A stretch of 63,981 nucleotides of DNA, filler included, from Octopus bimaculoides (lineage: Eukaryota), in the NCBI RefSeq assembly GCF_001194135.2. It is 8 parts of 7 records of this genome, joined end to end, with 100 filler letters (N's around TTAATTAATTAA, not from the genome) between each part and the next. Parts side by side here need not be neighbours in the genome. Positions count along the whole stretch, not along the records: positions 7,127 to 13,298 come from NC_068988.1; positions 13,399 to 21,838 come from NC_068986.1; positions 21,939 to 28,684 come from NC_068982.1; 5 more parts are not named here. One strand, 5' to 3'. The notes under the pieces were generated by a model. That model had not been told where the DNA came from. It saw only the letters and a program-made list of their open reading frames with translations, and did no database searches. Below are positions 10,192-24,275 of the stretch, one piece after another. The position numbers and the translations under genes were made by a program. Numbering within the stretch: position 1 is the stretch's first letter; every line of letters begins with the position of its first letter.

Positions 10192-11544
10192 TAGTTATGC
10201 ACCAACTCAATATACATGAATGTATGNNNNNNNNNNNNNNNNNNNNNNNNNNNNNNNNNNNNNNNNNNNNNNNNNNNNNNNNNNNNNNNNNNNNNNNNNN
10301 NNNNNNNNNNNNNNNNNNNNNNNNNNNNNNNNNNNNNNNNNNNNNNNNNNNNNNNNNNNNNNNNNNNNNNNNNNNNNNNNNNNNNNATATATATATATAT
10401 ATAAATGTATGTGCGTGTCTTTCGGGTATAACATGCTGGAGGCAGTGATATGCTTCAAAATACATATCACCGTTTTAATGCGTATCACTAGTGCAGATAT
10501 TTCAGAAATAAATGTTACGAAACTATTCAGTCTGTACCAGGATATATGGAAGTACATAACAAGGTATTTGAGAACGCAGGTCATCTAGCAGCATATTAAT
10601 GTGTACTCAAAAGCACGGCGCAAACTATTCACGTAGATATCGAAAATTTGAATAATTATCCATAAACCATGACGAGAAAGGAGGTGTGACGTTTTAAGAA
10701 AAAAAGAAAAACGCCGATTTTTGCCGACCACAGCCAACCACATGTTTCGCTAAACTCTTATTACTTCATTAAAATTAATGTCTAGATTACTAAAAGGAAT
10801 AATTGTCATTAAGGTTCTAGTTTTCCGGGCTATTAACCTTGTCTTTAGATTGTATATATACAAAACTTGACGCGTTGACAATGGATAATATTACTACTCC
10901 CTACTTAGAAATAAGATTTTTAATTCCAATTCAGTCTAGTAGTATAGAACGTATGGGAAAGTAAGACACACACTATTTTCATTCGTGTGAGCAACAGTAA
11001 ATTTTAAGATTCAAATGTGACGTCCGAGGATAAAAACCTTTCTTACTTTTTCTTTTCCCATGACATATAAATTTCTTCTTTTTCTCTCTCNNNNNNNNNN
11101 NNNNNNNNNNNNNNNNNNNNNNNNNNNNNNNNNNNNNNNNNNNNNNNNNNNNNNNNNNNNNNNNNNNNNNNNNNNNNNNNNNNNNNNNNNNNNNNNNNNN
11201 NNNNNNNNNNNNNNNNNNNNNNNNNNNNNNNNNNNNNNNNNNNNNNNNNNNNNNNNNNNNNNNNNNNNNNNNNNNNNNNNNNNNNNNNNNNNNNNNNNNN
11301 NNNNNNNNNNNNNNNNNNNNNNNNNNNNNNNNNNNNNNNNNNNNNNNNNNNNNNNNNNNNNNNNNNNNNNNNNNNNNNNNNNNNNNNNNNNNNNNNNNNN
11401 NNNNNNNNNNNNNNNNNNNNNNNNNNNNATATATATATATATATATACACATACATATATATATATTAATATAAATAATATATATATGCATATATACATA
11501 CATATATGTACATACCCACATATATAGGTATATATACATGCATA

Positions 11545-12050
11545 TATGGGTACAGAACGTCAAAAAAACGTGAACAACATGAACAACAAGGACATGAAAA
11601 AACAAAAACATGGAAAACGAACTTTTTTTCGAACAACGAGAGAAACAAAATGAGAGACAAGACAGGCAACATAAAGAACAATCCCTACATCAGTTGTCCC
11701 CTGTTTTATCTACTCAGCGTTTCGAACGCTTGGGACAAGACGCGACTTCGTTAAAACAGTCATTCTAGCAAAGCAAATTAACTAAAATTTGGGATTTGCG
11801 GAGGGTTAAAGTGGTAAAAAAAAACAGGACGGTAAGAACAAAACAGTAAAAACAAACGGTGAGGGCTGTTAAGCCATAACGAGGTGAAGTAATGCCGGCT
11901 GGAGAAACAAGCTTTGACAAGAAACAGGCAAAAATGTGTGTTATCTCTTGTAGCGCAAGGAAAAGAAAGATAACCGCTGGTCACGTGTGAGCTAAGAGAG
12001 AATCAAAGAGGAAGTGCGAGGGAGAAATAGAGAACGGTGAAGAGGGGAGA
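11545..12050 (-). repeat. Interspersed repeat related to 24150-24275, possibly Penelope-associated
   Basis: gaaaacgaac...cgaacaacga...gacaggcaacataaagaac...ccctacatcagttgtc shared with 24150-24275. Confidence 0.6.
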
Positions 12051-12654
12051 AGAATTAGAAAAGGGTGTGAGAGAAAAACAGAAAGAAAGAAGAAGAGAGG
12101 GAGAATAGACATAATGATAGGATAGTGATAAAAGTGTTGCACCAGAATTGTGTTTCTGTTCTGCTTTTAATTATTTCAATTCCTCCTCTGTGGAAGAAGA
12201 TGATGTCTAATAAAGGTACCGAGTTCCGTCGATGGAAAGTAGATAACAAAAACGTCCCATTTAAAACTTGAGCAAAGTCTTGTATATTTGTCCTATTCCA
12301 TTTACAGATTGTATTTCTCATGTGTGTGTTCGTTTTGGTTGATTTCTTCTTCAGAAGACCCTAGCTTATTCCGATTGTCATAAAACTATGTGCACCAATT
12401 GGTATAATTATGAATTTATAAACTGGATATTGGAGCAAGCGGTCTCGAAGAAGTTCTTTATAGTTATCCTCTTTCTCTTTGATTTTCAAAGATATATCCA
12501 CATCACTAGGACAGGTGTTTGTATGTACGTACGTACGTACGTACGTATGTAAGTATGTATGTATGTATTTATGTATGTATGTATGTATGTATGTATGTAT
12601 GTATGTATGTATGTATGTATGCATGTATGTATGCATGCATGTGCAACCATTAAT

Positions 12655-13030
12655 CTAGGCGCATGAGTGGCTGTGTGGTTAGTAACTTGCATACCAGCCA
12701 TATGGTTTCGGGTTCAGTCCCACTGCGTGGCACCTTCGGGAAGTGTCTTCTACTATAGCCTCGGGCCGACCAAAGTTTTGCGAGTGGATTTGGTAGGCGG
12801 AAACTGAAAAGAAGCGCATCAGATGTGTGTGTGTTTGAGCGCGCGCGCTTGTGTGTCTGTGTTTGTATCCCTACCATCACTTGACAACCGGTACTGTTGT
12901 GTTTACATCCCTGTAACATAGCAGTTCGGCAAAACAGACTGATAGAATAAGTACTAGACTTACAAAGAATAATTTCTTGGGGTCGATTTCTTGAACTAAA
13001 CGTGATGTGCCAGCATGACCACAGTCAAAT
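12655..13030 (+). mobile_element. SINE family A, full length
   Basis: ggcgcatgagtggctgtgtggttag...ggttcagtcccactgcgtggcacc...gtcaaatgactgagac. Confidence 0.9.
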
Positions 13031-13224
13031 GACTGAGACAAAGAAAAGAAAAAGAAAAGAAAAAATACATATATGTGTGTGTATTTGTATATGTGTGTGT
13101 GTGTTAGTTAATTGTTCGTTTCGTATTTCACATAAAATGCATAAAACTTGCTCTTGCAGTTGTCATCGTGATCAAAGTTTGTGGTGGTGGTGCTGCTATT
13201 GCTGCTGCTTCAGATAAACAATCA

Positions 13225-13298
13225 TGATGATGATGATGATGATGATGATGATGGTGATGGTGATGGTGGTGGTGGTGGTGGTGGTGGTGGTGGTGGTG
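13225..13298. repeat. (GAT)n/(GGT)n microsatellite
   Basis: Directly visible. Confidence 0.95.
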
Positions 13299-13398
13299 NN
13301 NNNNNNNNNNNNNNNNNNNNNNNNNNNNNNNNNNNNNNNNNNTTAATTAATTAANNNNNNNNNNNNNNNNNNNNNNNNNNNNNNNNNNNNNNNNNNNN

Positions 13399-13442
<44 letters not shown>

Positions 13443-13654
13443 ATGTATGTATGTATATATGTGTGTGTATGTATGTATGTATATATATACAAACATACAT
13501 ACATACATGCACACGTATGTGTAAGTGTGTGTGAGGGTGAGCAAATGCAGGTATGTCAAATACCAAACAACAAAAGCTCATGATTTATTAGAATTAGCTC
13601 TGCCTCTACATAATGTATCATAATTACCTAATTAGCAATATGTATGTATTACTC

Positions 13655-14015
13655 TTTTATTTGTTCCAGTCATTTGACTGCGGCCATGCTGGAGCACTGC
13701 CTTTAGTCGAAGAAATCGACTCCGGAACTCTGTAAGCCTAATATATATTCTATTGGTCTCTTTTGCTGAACCGCTAAGTTACGGGGACGTAAACACACCA
13801 ATATCGGTTGTCAAGCGATGGTGGGGGGACAAATAGACGCACAAGCATATGCGTATACGACGGGCTTCTTTCAGTTTCCGTCTACCAAATCCACACACGA
13901 GGCTTTCGTCGGCCCGAGGCTATAGCAGAAGAGATCTGCTAAAGGTACCACGCAGTGAGACTGAACCTGGAACCATGTGATTGGGAAACAAGCCTCTTAG
14001 CACACAGCTACGCCT
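13655..14015 (-). mobile_element. SINE family A, full length
   Basis: cagtcatttgactgcggccatgctggagcactgcc...cagtttccgtctaccaaatcc. Confidence 0.9.
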
Positions 14016-14025
14016 ACACCTGTAT

Positions 14026-14086
<61 letters not shown>

Positions 14087-14349
14087 NNNNNNNNNNNNNN
14101 NNNNNNNNNNNNNNNNNNNNNNNNNNNNNNNNNNNNNNNNNNNNNNNNNNNNNNNNNNNNNNNNNNNNNNNNNNNNNNNNNNNNNNNNNNNNNNNNNNNN
14201 NNNNNNNNNNNNNNNNNNNNNNNNNNNNNNNNNNNNNNNNNNNNNNNNNNNNNNNNNNNNNNNNNNNNNNNNNNNNNNNNNNNNNNNNNNNNNNNNNNNN
14301 NNNNNNNNNNNNNNNNNNNNNNNNNNNNNNNNNNNNNNNNNNNNNNNNN

Positions 14350-15110
14350 ATTTAATCTTTGTCCCCGAAGACTGCCTTTCACAGGATCGAACAGGTGGAA
14401 GTCGGAGAACGCCATACCCGAGCTGTACGGTGGATGAAGGATCACTGAGCAATCCATTTTGCCGATTGCTTGATTTATTGCCCAAGATATGTGCTGCCAT
14501 GGATTGTCATGAATTGTCACCCCCAAAGAAGTAACTATGATTTTCTGTGCTGGTCGCTGGCTCTTGAATTTTTAGATCTTGAAGAAGAGGTGTGATGCTA
14601 TTTTATGGACTGATACTTCGTTTGTGGATCGTAAAAATATGCCAACCTTGTACTCCCTCTCATTAGATCGATAGAAAAACAAACACGTGTCTTCATTTGT
14701 TTGAAGTGCTTCCAGTTGATCAGAGCATACTTCCAGCCGTCCCTCCTTCAAATCGAGTGTCAACTACCAAGGTAGCCATTTTGCACGAACTTTTCGATAC
14801 TCAAAGTATTCTACCTCGTCCTTAATACATTATAGTCACGGACTGTGACCCGTCTCTTCGCGCAAATTAATTTGTCCACTCGCTGGTGATCCATGTCAAT
14901 AGTCGCAGTTGATGATCTCCCAGTGCGTTTTTTTTTTTTTTTCTGTAAACCTCTTCGTTCATCTGTACACACTGCTCTTAATAATGGTGCCATCTCCGTA
15001 AACAGCCTGTAGACATTTGTGCGTGTCAGTCAGACTGCACTCTTCGTTCATCAAGAAATCAACGATGGCACATTGCTTATTCTTAAAACCCATTATTTGC
15101 CTCAACTGAA
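14350..15110 (-). pseudogene. Degenerate mariner (DD34D-type) transposase
   Basis: HDNPWQH...LHPPYSSGMAFSDFHLFDPVKGSLRGQR (HDNARPH and HPPYSPDLAPSDF motifs). N-terminal KQCAIVDFL...CLQAVYGDG near 15000-15090. Frameshifts and an internal deletion. Confidence 0.9.
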
Positions 15111-16304
15111 AGACCAGGAGAAAAAGTTACTTTACCCATTTGAATGAATTATGTCAGTTAATGAAACAGCTATGTCCATTTTTGTGTTACTTTCGATACA
15201 AATCTCGTATTTTGTATTGAGGATGAATGTAATTCATAAGAGTTTACTCTAGGGGCAATTATGTTTTGGAGAATGTCCTTTATGCAACAAAGTTAAGATA
15301 AATGCATTAAATCTGATCCAAAAATCGTGATATTCATTTCGAAAGATGAGAAATAATCAAAATGGATAGGACATCATGGAGAAAAGATATACATAATGTA
15401 ACCATGCATTGGGAATCGCATTACACATGCAAAATTGAATCGTGACCCAAGGGAAAAGAAACTCATAAATAATGATCCCTTCAAATCTTCAACTTGTAAC
15501 TGAGTTTCGTTTTCTAGAATGGGTTTCTTAACAATTCAAGAAGTCAACAAATAACTGATTAAACATATTTCTGCTAATCATGCAAAAACTGTTATTTTTC
15601 TATTAGTGAACTGAAGGAGATACATGTTTTTACACAATGTCAAATGCCATGTCCCTGCGTTGCATTAACTGAGAAGAGATATTTATGAGATAATTGAAAT
15701 AAAAGCTGAAAACTATCGACTGAGGCAAAAAAAACAACTTTTATTTCCCTTCTCATTAATAAGCGATGGTCATATTCTTTATATCAAGCCAACTTCCATT
15801 GAATGTTTCAATACATTTATGTAGACATATATGTGTACAGTATGCAGGTATATAAGTACGTGAGCGTAATTGTGAGTGTATGTATGTGTGTCTGTGTTTC
15901 TGTATTTGTGCATGTATGTATGTATGTATGTATGTATGTATGTATGTATGTATGTATGTGTGTATGTATACATATGAATATGTGTGCGCGAGTGTGTGTT
16001 TCTGTAAGTGATTATGATTTGGTAGGGCGGGTAGCTATCGATTCGCTATCCTGTACGACCACTTAGCATACCCTTACTCTTGACACCCCCACCCTCAGCC
16101 CCAAGATCACACTGAGGAAACGGAAACTCGCGAATACACATATGTCAGCAAGGCAACAGCATGTTGTTACCCATTACATGTGTATCAATTATTCTATGGT
16201 TGCTCAATCTATGTAATTATACTAATAATGATAGCTTTTTTTTTTTTCAATACTATAATACACTTTTATTTGGAATTCAAAAATTAAATATCGGCAAAGT
16301 AGGC

Positions 16305-17535
16305 ACAGGCGTTGCTGTGTGGTTATAAAACTTACTTCCAAACCATATGGTCTTAGGTTCAGTCCTACTGCGCGGAACCGTGGGCAAGTTTTCTACTGTA
16401 GCCCCGAACAGACCAAGGCCTTGAGAGCGGATTTGGTAGATGGAAACCGATAGAAGACCGTNNNNNNNNNNNNNNNNNNNNNNNNNNNNNNNNNNNNNNN
16501 NNNNNNNNNNNNNNNNNNNNNNNNNNNNNNNNNNNNNNNNNNNNNNNNNNNNNNNNNNNNNNNNNNNNNNNNNNNNNNNNNNNNNNNNNNNNNNNNNNNN
16601 NNNNNNNNNNNNNNNNNNNNNNNNNNNNNNNNNNNNNNNNNNNNNNNNNNNNNNNNNNNNNNNNNNNNNNNNNNNNNNNNNNNNNNNNNNNNNNNNNNNN
16701 NNNNNNNNNNNNNNNNNNNNNNNNNNNNNNNNNNNNNNNNNNNNNNNNNNNNNNNNNNNNNNNNNNNNNNNNNNNNNNNNNNNNNNNNNNNNNNNNNNNN
16801 NNNNNNNNNNNNNNNNNNNNNNNNNNNNNNNNNNNNNNNNNNNNNNNNNNNNNNNNNNNNNNNNNNNNNNNNNNNNNNNNNNNNNNNNNNNNNNNNNNNN
16901 NNNNNNNNNNNNNNNNNNNNNNNNNNNNNNNNNNNNNNNNNNNNNNNNNNNNNNNNNNNNNNNNNNNNNNNNNNNNNNNNNNNNNNNNNNNNNNNNNNNN
17001 NNNNNNNNNNNNNNNNNNNNNNNNNNNNNNNNNNNNNNNNNNNNNNNNNNNNNNNNNNNNNNNNNNNNNNNNNNNNNNNNNNNNNNNNNNNNNNNNNNNN
17101 NNNNNNNNNNNNNNNNNNNNNNNNNNNNNNNNNNNNNNNNNNNNNNNNNNNNNNNNNNNNNNNNNNNNNNNNNNNNNNNNNNNNNNNNNNNNNNNNNNNN
17201 NNNNNNNNNNNNNNNNNNNNNNNNNNNNNNNNNNNNNNNNNNNNNNNNNNNNNNNNNNNNNNNNNNNNNNNNNNNNNNNNNNNNNNNNNACACACGCAAG
17301 GCGTATGTATACGTGTGTATGTCTATGTGTGTGTACCTTTCACCGTCGCTTGACGACTGCGTTGAGTTGTTTACGTTCTTGTAAGTTAAAAGTTATGGAT
17401 CTCAAAAGTCTCAAAAGAGACCCATGGAATACGTACCAGGCTTTGTGAAAGTTGGCACTGGGGCTGATCTCTTCGACTAAACCCCTCAAAGTGGTGCCAC
17501 AGCATGGCAGCAGTCCAATGACAGAAACAAAAAAA
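16305..17535 (+). mobile_element. SINE family A split by a gap
   Basis: Head at 16305-16461, tail at about 17290-17535. Confidence 0.75.
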
Positions 17536-18204
17536 GAAAGAGAAAATTTAAGGCTTTGTATTTCTGAAATCTCCTGAAGTCCTTTGATTTAGCGAGGTTT
17601 TAGCTTTTGGCTAACATTTCAGTTTTTGTTTTGTAAATACCAGCAAATGACAACGCTTTTCTTCGAACGCTGGATTCTTCTGGTGAGAAAATAACGACAA
17701 GCGAATTTTTCCCAATTAAATATCTATGGAGAAAATATGTATTCAACCATTGATTGAAGCGCATTCATCCATGGACAGATGTGTATTCATCCATAGACAA
17801 ATGTCTATAAATGGCAACAAAAAGAATAAACGTTTACTTACGTACATAACCACATATTTTCCCACCGTACTGCGTTTCGCCTTTTCTTTCTTACACGCCT
17901 TAACTTTCTTCCACTCCTCCTCTCAATATAACTACCTCTCTCTCTTTCTTTTCTCTCTTTATTTCTCTCTCTCTCTCTCTTTTAATCTCTTTCTCTCATT
18001 CTCTCACCTTTCTTTCTCATTTTCTCAGCTTTCCTTTCCTCCTTTTTGTTCTTTCTTCTTTCCCCTTTCTCTCCCTCACCCCGTCTTCTCGATCTTCAAC
18101 TGAAATAAGTAGCTTTCCTTTCTTTGTATTTCGCTATGAAAGTATTTTAATATGTTTCAAACGTTGTATGTGCAGTGATCCGTGTGTACAGATCTCTCTC
18201 TCTC

Positions 18205-18270
<66 letters not shown>

Positions 18271-18799
18271 ATAAACACTCTGCATTCACCAAAGATTGTC
18301 GCTCAAAACAAACATGACGGAAGTAAAACAGCAATAAATGTCTGTTAGACTCCATGTTGGTGTCAATATTGCAGTTGCTAGCAACAACGTATTGGGTCAG
18401 CTGTAGACATTTACTGGAACTGGATTTCTTCCCACACTGATGAATACAAGTAATTGCGGTAACACGCTGACATAACTAACCAGACAATTGTATTTTAAAA
18501 TACCAGGATACAGCGCTACGGGGTCCATTGGTAGTTAAATACATCTCCATTGTTTGCCAGTGAATAACATAACAAAAAGAATCCATATATTAATACTTAT
18601 CCTATAATGTAGTTCTTATGTCCCCACTTGGTTGCCTACACATGCCTCGTTATATTTCCGTATTGTTTGTCATCTATAGTGGAATGCAACTTCACATATA
18701 TTCTCACTAACAGAGGAGTGTTTAAGTTAACCTGCTATTTGTGAATCTTAGTTATATTTCTATTTTATCTATTTGTTTCTTGGGGTTTTTTTGGTTTTT

Positions 18800-18970
18800 T
18801 TTACTTGTTTCAGTCATTAGACTGCGGTCATGCTGGGGCACCGTTTTACAGAGTTTTTAGTCGAATCCAATACTTTTTTAAACTTGGTACGTATTCTACC
18901 GAACTCTTTTGCCGAACAGCTGTTTCGGGAACGTACAGACAACAACATCAGTTGTCGAGCGGTGATGGGG
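18800..18970 (-). mobile_element. SINE family A, 3' part
   Basis: tttacttgtttcagtcattagactgcggtcatgctggggcacc. Confidence 0.8.
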
Positions 18971-18989
18971 GAAAAATACAGGCACACAC

Positions 18990-19025
<36 letters not shown>

Positions 19026-19891
19026 TAATCGAAATGTACTCTATTATATATCCATTACAGCAGACCAAACCGATCGGTTTCGCATTAGAGGATCAACGGA
19101 GAGTTAAGTAACAGTCTGATTATATAACCCAGTGATCTTCAGAGATGACAGATATGGAATGAAGTACATACGGATGTGTATACATATGTATACATATGTA
19201 TACATACATATAAATGCATACATACGTGTGTGTGTGCGTGTGTGTGTGTGCGTGTGTATTCTTTTATTCTTTTATTCATTTCAACCGTGTGGCTGTGGTC
19301 ATGTTGGAGAACCATCGTGATTTTGCACTTTTACATGATTCTTCTTTGGCTGGTTTCTTCTTCACCACTTTCNNNNNNNNNNNNNNNNNNNNNNNNNNNN
19401 NNNNNNNNNNNNNNNNNNNNNNNNNNNNNNNNNNNNNNNNNNNNNNNNNNNNNNNNNNNNNNNNNNNNNNNNNNNNNNNNNNNNNNNNNNNNNNNNNNNN
19501 NNNNNNNNNNNNNNNNNNNNNNNNNNNNNNNNNNNNNNNNNNNNNNNNNNNNNNNNNNNNNNNNNNNNNNNNNNNNNNNNNNNNNNNNNNNNNNNNNNNN
19601 NNNNNNNNNNNNNNNNNNNNNNNNNNNNNNNNNNNNNNNNNNNNNNNNNGTGAGCTGTATATATACGGATCACTGCACATACAACGTTAGAAATATTAAA
19701 ATATTTTCGTAGCGAAATACAAAGAAAGGAAGGCCATATGTGTATTATATATATAGTGTACTAATATTATATATTATATATCATACATTATATTTTATGT
19801 ATATTGTGAATAGAATTATGAGACTTCACCGTAGATAATGGTAACGAATTAAAATGAGCATTCGAACATGTAGGAATTCAGACATGTTTAC

Positions 19892-19940
<49 letters not shown>

Positions 19941-19957
19941 GTATACATACATACATA

Positions 19958-19988
<31 letters not shown>

Positions 19989-20021
19989 CATACATAAATG
20001 GTTACATACTCTTTTACTCCT

Positions 20022-20412
20022 TTACTTATTTCAGTCATTTGACTGCAGCCATGCTGGAGTACCGCCTTTAGTAAATCGACCGCAGGAATTATTCTTTGCC
20101 GAACCGTTAGGTTACGGGGACGTAAACACACCAGCATCGGTTGTCAAGTGATGTTGGAAGGACAAGCACAGAGACACAAACATACACACACACACACACA
20201 CACACACACGCACGCACACACACACACACACACATATATATATACATATATATATATATACGACGGGCTTCTTTCAGTTTCCGTCTACGAAATACACTCA
20301 CAAGGCTTTGATCGGCCAGCGGCTATAGTAGAAGATACTTGCCCAAGGTACCACGCAGTTGGACTGATCCGGAACCATGTGGTTGGTAAGCAAGCTACTG
20401 ACCACACAACCA
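20022..20412 (-). mobile_element. SINE family A
   Basis: cagtcatttgactgcagccatgctggagtaccgcc...cgacgggcttctttcagtttccgtc...ggaaccatgtggttggtaagc. Confidence 0.9.
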
Positions 20413-21039
20413 CTCTTGTTTACATGTTTCTATATAAAAACAATTTGAAACACCGAATGATTTGGTATTTTAGAGAATATAATAATATAGTATATTTTAT
20501 TTTGGGAAAAAAGACCATCCCGAAATACAACAATATCTGTTTCAACACACGACTTCACATTAGAAATCTTGTCACACAAATTCATAAGTTCATATAAATT
20601 CATAAATTTATATATATATATATATATATATATATNNNNNNNNNNNNNNNNNNNNNNNNNNNNNNNNNNNNNNNNNNNNNNNNNNNNNNNNNNNNNNNNN
20701 NNNNNNNNNNNNNNNNNNNNNNNNNNNNNNNNNNNNNNNNNNNNNNNNNNNNNNNNNNNNNNNNNNNNNNNNNNNNNNNNNNNNNNNNNNNNNNNNNNNN
20801 NNNNNNNNNNNNNNNNNNNNNNNNNNNNNNNNNNNNNNNNNNNNNNNNNNNNNNNNNNNNNNNNNNNNNNNNNNNNNNNNNNNNNNNNNNNNNNNNNNNN
20901 NNNNNNNNNNNNNNNNNNNNNNNNNNNNNNNNNNNNNNNNNNNNNNNNNNNNNNNNNNNNNNNNTAAGCACCCTATATATATATATAAACATGTAACACT
21001 ATATACATACATAAGCACTACGTCAGTTATGACGATGAA

Positions 21040-21305
21040 GATTCCAGCTAATTCAGTCAACGGAACAGCCTGCTCGTGAAATTAACGTGCAAGTGGCTGA
21101 GCATTCCACAAACTCGTATACCTTGAGAAACAGCGTGACACAAGTGTGACACAGCTGGCACTTTGAAACACACGACTCGTTTTTGCCAGCTCGTTTTTCC
21201 AACGTGAAATAAAATGTCTTGCTCAGGACAAAACGCGACGTGGAGAATTGAACTCACGACTTTACGATCGTAAGCCGAACACCCTAACCATTAGGCCACG
21301 CGCCT
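21040..21305 (-). mobile_element. SINE family D
   Basis: Reverse complement of 1575-1815 and 59925-60180 (gaactcacgactttacgatcgtaagccgaacaccctaacc). Confidence 0.85.
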
Positions 21306-21310
21306 TCATA

Positions 21311-21356
<46 letters not shown>

Positions 21357-21721
21357 TATGGTTACACCAACCCACGTCTTTGATATATTTCTTGGTACAC
21401 ATATTCGACTCAAGTCATAATAGATTTACTTTTAGTTACACCAGTGCACTTCTGTTACACTGGTTTATTTCTAGTTAACACATATATTCACTTCTAGTTT
21501 CACATATTCAAATCTAGTTTTATGCTTATTCACTTTTTAATTGGATCAACAACAACCACCCAAAGAGTTTCTGTGATCATTAATATCAAAGTGTGTTCAG
21601 AATATCAATGAGTAACAAACTAACTTCCAGAAGCAATTTAAATTTATAAACGTTCGAAATAATAGCAAATAAGTGGGGTTCATGCAACTACAATTGTTAG
21701 CTCTGTTCTGCTGTCGCACTT

Positions 21722-21743
21722 TCTACTACTACTACTACTACTG

Positions 21744-21807
<64 letters not shown>

Positions 21808-21838
21808 TACCACCAAACCACCGCCACTACACCATCAA
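21722..21838. repeat. (TAC)n grading into (CAC)n
   Basis: Directly visible. Confidence 0.95.
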
Positions 21839-22679
21839 NNNNNNNNNNNNNNNNNNNNNNNNNNNNNNNNNNNNNNNNNNNNTTAATTAATTAANNNNNN
21901 NNNNNNNNNNNNNNNNNNNNNNNNNNNNNNNNNNNNNNTATATATATATACATATATATGCACACACACACATACACACACATACACACACACACACGCA
22001 CACTTTGATCTTACACGAACTAACAGTGGGATTTACGTTTCCACAGATTAAGAGAATTTTAAGATTATTTATTTTTAGTTTGTGACTGTAAATAGCATCC
22101 CATGCCTGATTAAAAGAAACATTTATATAAAATGTATTTTATGGTTATTACTAGGAATTGTGAATGCAAGAAACATAGAATTAGCGTTTTCCATTCCATA
22201 CATCCAATACTTTTGCGTTTACAGTGTATCTTGTATTCCGTTATGCAATATTGTCTTCCTTATGTAGCATCGCAATATTTGATTCGAGTCTGCTGTGACA
22301 GTTGATTGTCGCAGGTCGAGCAACAACGAAGACTTTTACTTTGTATTGCTTCCGCCGTAGATGAGTTTTAAAACGTTATCAATTCCATGTTAGCAATTTC
22401 ATAATCGTTATAGAGCATACCACTCTTCCTTTCGCTGACTCACTCCTATTCTCTCCATGTATAAGTGTCTGTGTTTGTGTGTGTGTGTGTGTAAATGTAA
22501 TTGTGTATGTTAGTAGACGCACACACAGAACACACATATACACACGCAATTGTGTATAATTTCATATATATATACATATACATATATATATATATATATA
22601 TACACATGTATATATGTATATACATATATATTTACATATATATGTATGTATTTGTGTATGTTTTATATTGTGTGTGTGC

Positions 22680-22726
<47 letters not shown>

Positions 22727-23061
22727 TCTGTGTGTGTGTCTATGTGTGCGTTGGCTTGAAGTTTGGTGATGCAAACAAGACTTGAAATACTTACAAACAA
22801 CATTTCAAAACAAGACTACATATGCATTTTTTAAAACTAATAACTGGTAGAAGTTAGAGTGACTCGGGGTCGATCGTTTCGTCCATTCGCACTTATCGAA
22901 TTGGTTTCAAATCAATGGGTCGCATGTTCATATATCCGGGATAATGGCATCTCTCTAGATTATATTATAAAAGCTGTTACCCGTGTCACGTGGATAATAC
23001 ATACTATTCAAATGGGTTGTCTGTCGCGCTGGTGAATGCATAAATGAATAAGCAGATAAGG

Positions 23062-23245
23062 AAACTTCTTTTCTATTCTAGGCACAAGGCCCGAAATTTT
23101 AGGGAGCAGTCGATTAGATCGACTCCAGTATGTAACTGGTACTTAATTTATCGCCACCGAAAGTCAATCTCGGCGGAATTTGAACGTAAAGACAGACGAA
23201 ATACTTCTAAACATTTTGCCCGGCGTGCTAACGATTCTTATTTCT
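23062..23245 (-). mobile_element. SINE family B
   Basis: ctaggcacaaggcccgaaattt...gtcaatctcggcggaatttgaac. Confidence 0.85.
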
Positions 23246-23299
23246 TTACTGCCCACAAGGGGCTGCACACTGAGGGGACAAACCAGGACAGACAAACAG

Positions 23300-23492
23300 A
23301 TTAAGTCGATTATATCGACCCCAGTGATTAACTGGTACTTATTTAATCGAAACCCGAAAGGATGAAAGACAAAGTCGACCTCGGCGGAATTTGAACTCAG
23401 AACGTAGCGGCAGACGTAATACTGNNNNNNNNNNAGACGTAATACTGCTAAGCATTTCGCCCGGCTTGCTAACGTTTCTGCCAGCTCGCCTC
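23300..23492 (-). mobile_element. SINE family B, near consensus, CpGs intact
   Basis: gtcgacctcggcggaatttgaactcagaacgtagcggcagacg...gccagctcgcc. Confidence 0.9.
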
Positions 23493-23996
23493 AGATAAGG
23501 AAGGAACAGTGAAAGATATGTATGCATGCTGGCGCTCACTGAGAATACTGATAAATATAAAAACACTGTCCACATGAATATACTGACATACACATATATA
23601 CACGTACAAATTCACACCCATGCATGCTCATGGATTCTCAAACACTCTCGCCCATAGATATGTGTATGAGTCGTTTCTATTATGCATGCATTTTGAGTGA
23701 AAGGGATTAGTCCATTGCCCCAACCTCAGTACTCCACTAGTACTTTCAGTTTAATCGCTCGCATAATGAAAAGTAAGGTCGAACTTCACGTCCGTAAGGA
23801 CAGACGAAATGTCGATAAGTGATTCACTCGGCTGGCCAACCATTCAGTCATCTCACTGCCTTAGACATGTATACGTATTAACCATCTACAAACGGGAGTA
23901 TACATAAATAGTTTCATAAATGTGCGAAAAAATATATATGATTGACCGCCAGCTACATAATTTTTTTATTCTCTCTCTGTTTCCTTCCGCGTCTTC

Positions 23997-24032
23997 CTTT
24001 CTGATGAAGAGCGTAGGCTCCAAACCTAAAAG
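23997..24032 (+). ncRNA. Degenerate minimal type I hammerhead ribozyme motif in a Penelope-type repeat
   Basis: cttt-CTGATGA-a-GAGC gtag GCTC-cAAA-cct-a-aaag. Stems I and II pair, GAAA box mutated to CAAA. Confidence 0.55.
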
Positions 24033-24149
24033 AGTGTCTCACCTTACTGAGCGTTAAACTATTACACCTGCTTGTTGTTTATACACGTCTTTGTCTTTTG
24101 TTTTTCCGTAAATTTCAATCTGTATATATACATATATATATATATAACA

Positions 24150-24275
24150 CAATCATAGAAAACGAACATTTTTTTCGAACAACGAAACAAACAAACAAAC
24201 AAACAAACAAACAAACATAGAAACGAGACAGGCAACATAAAGAACATTCCCTTCATCGGCTGTCTCCTGTTTAAC
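24150..24275 (-). repeat. Second copy of the 11545-12050 repeat segment
   Basis: Direct sequence match to about 11610-11705. Confidence 0.65.

Noticed and set aside
23412-23447. agacgtaatactg duplicated either side of a 10-N gap
   Set aside because: Unmerged contig overlap
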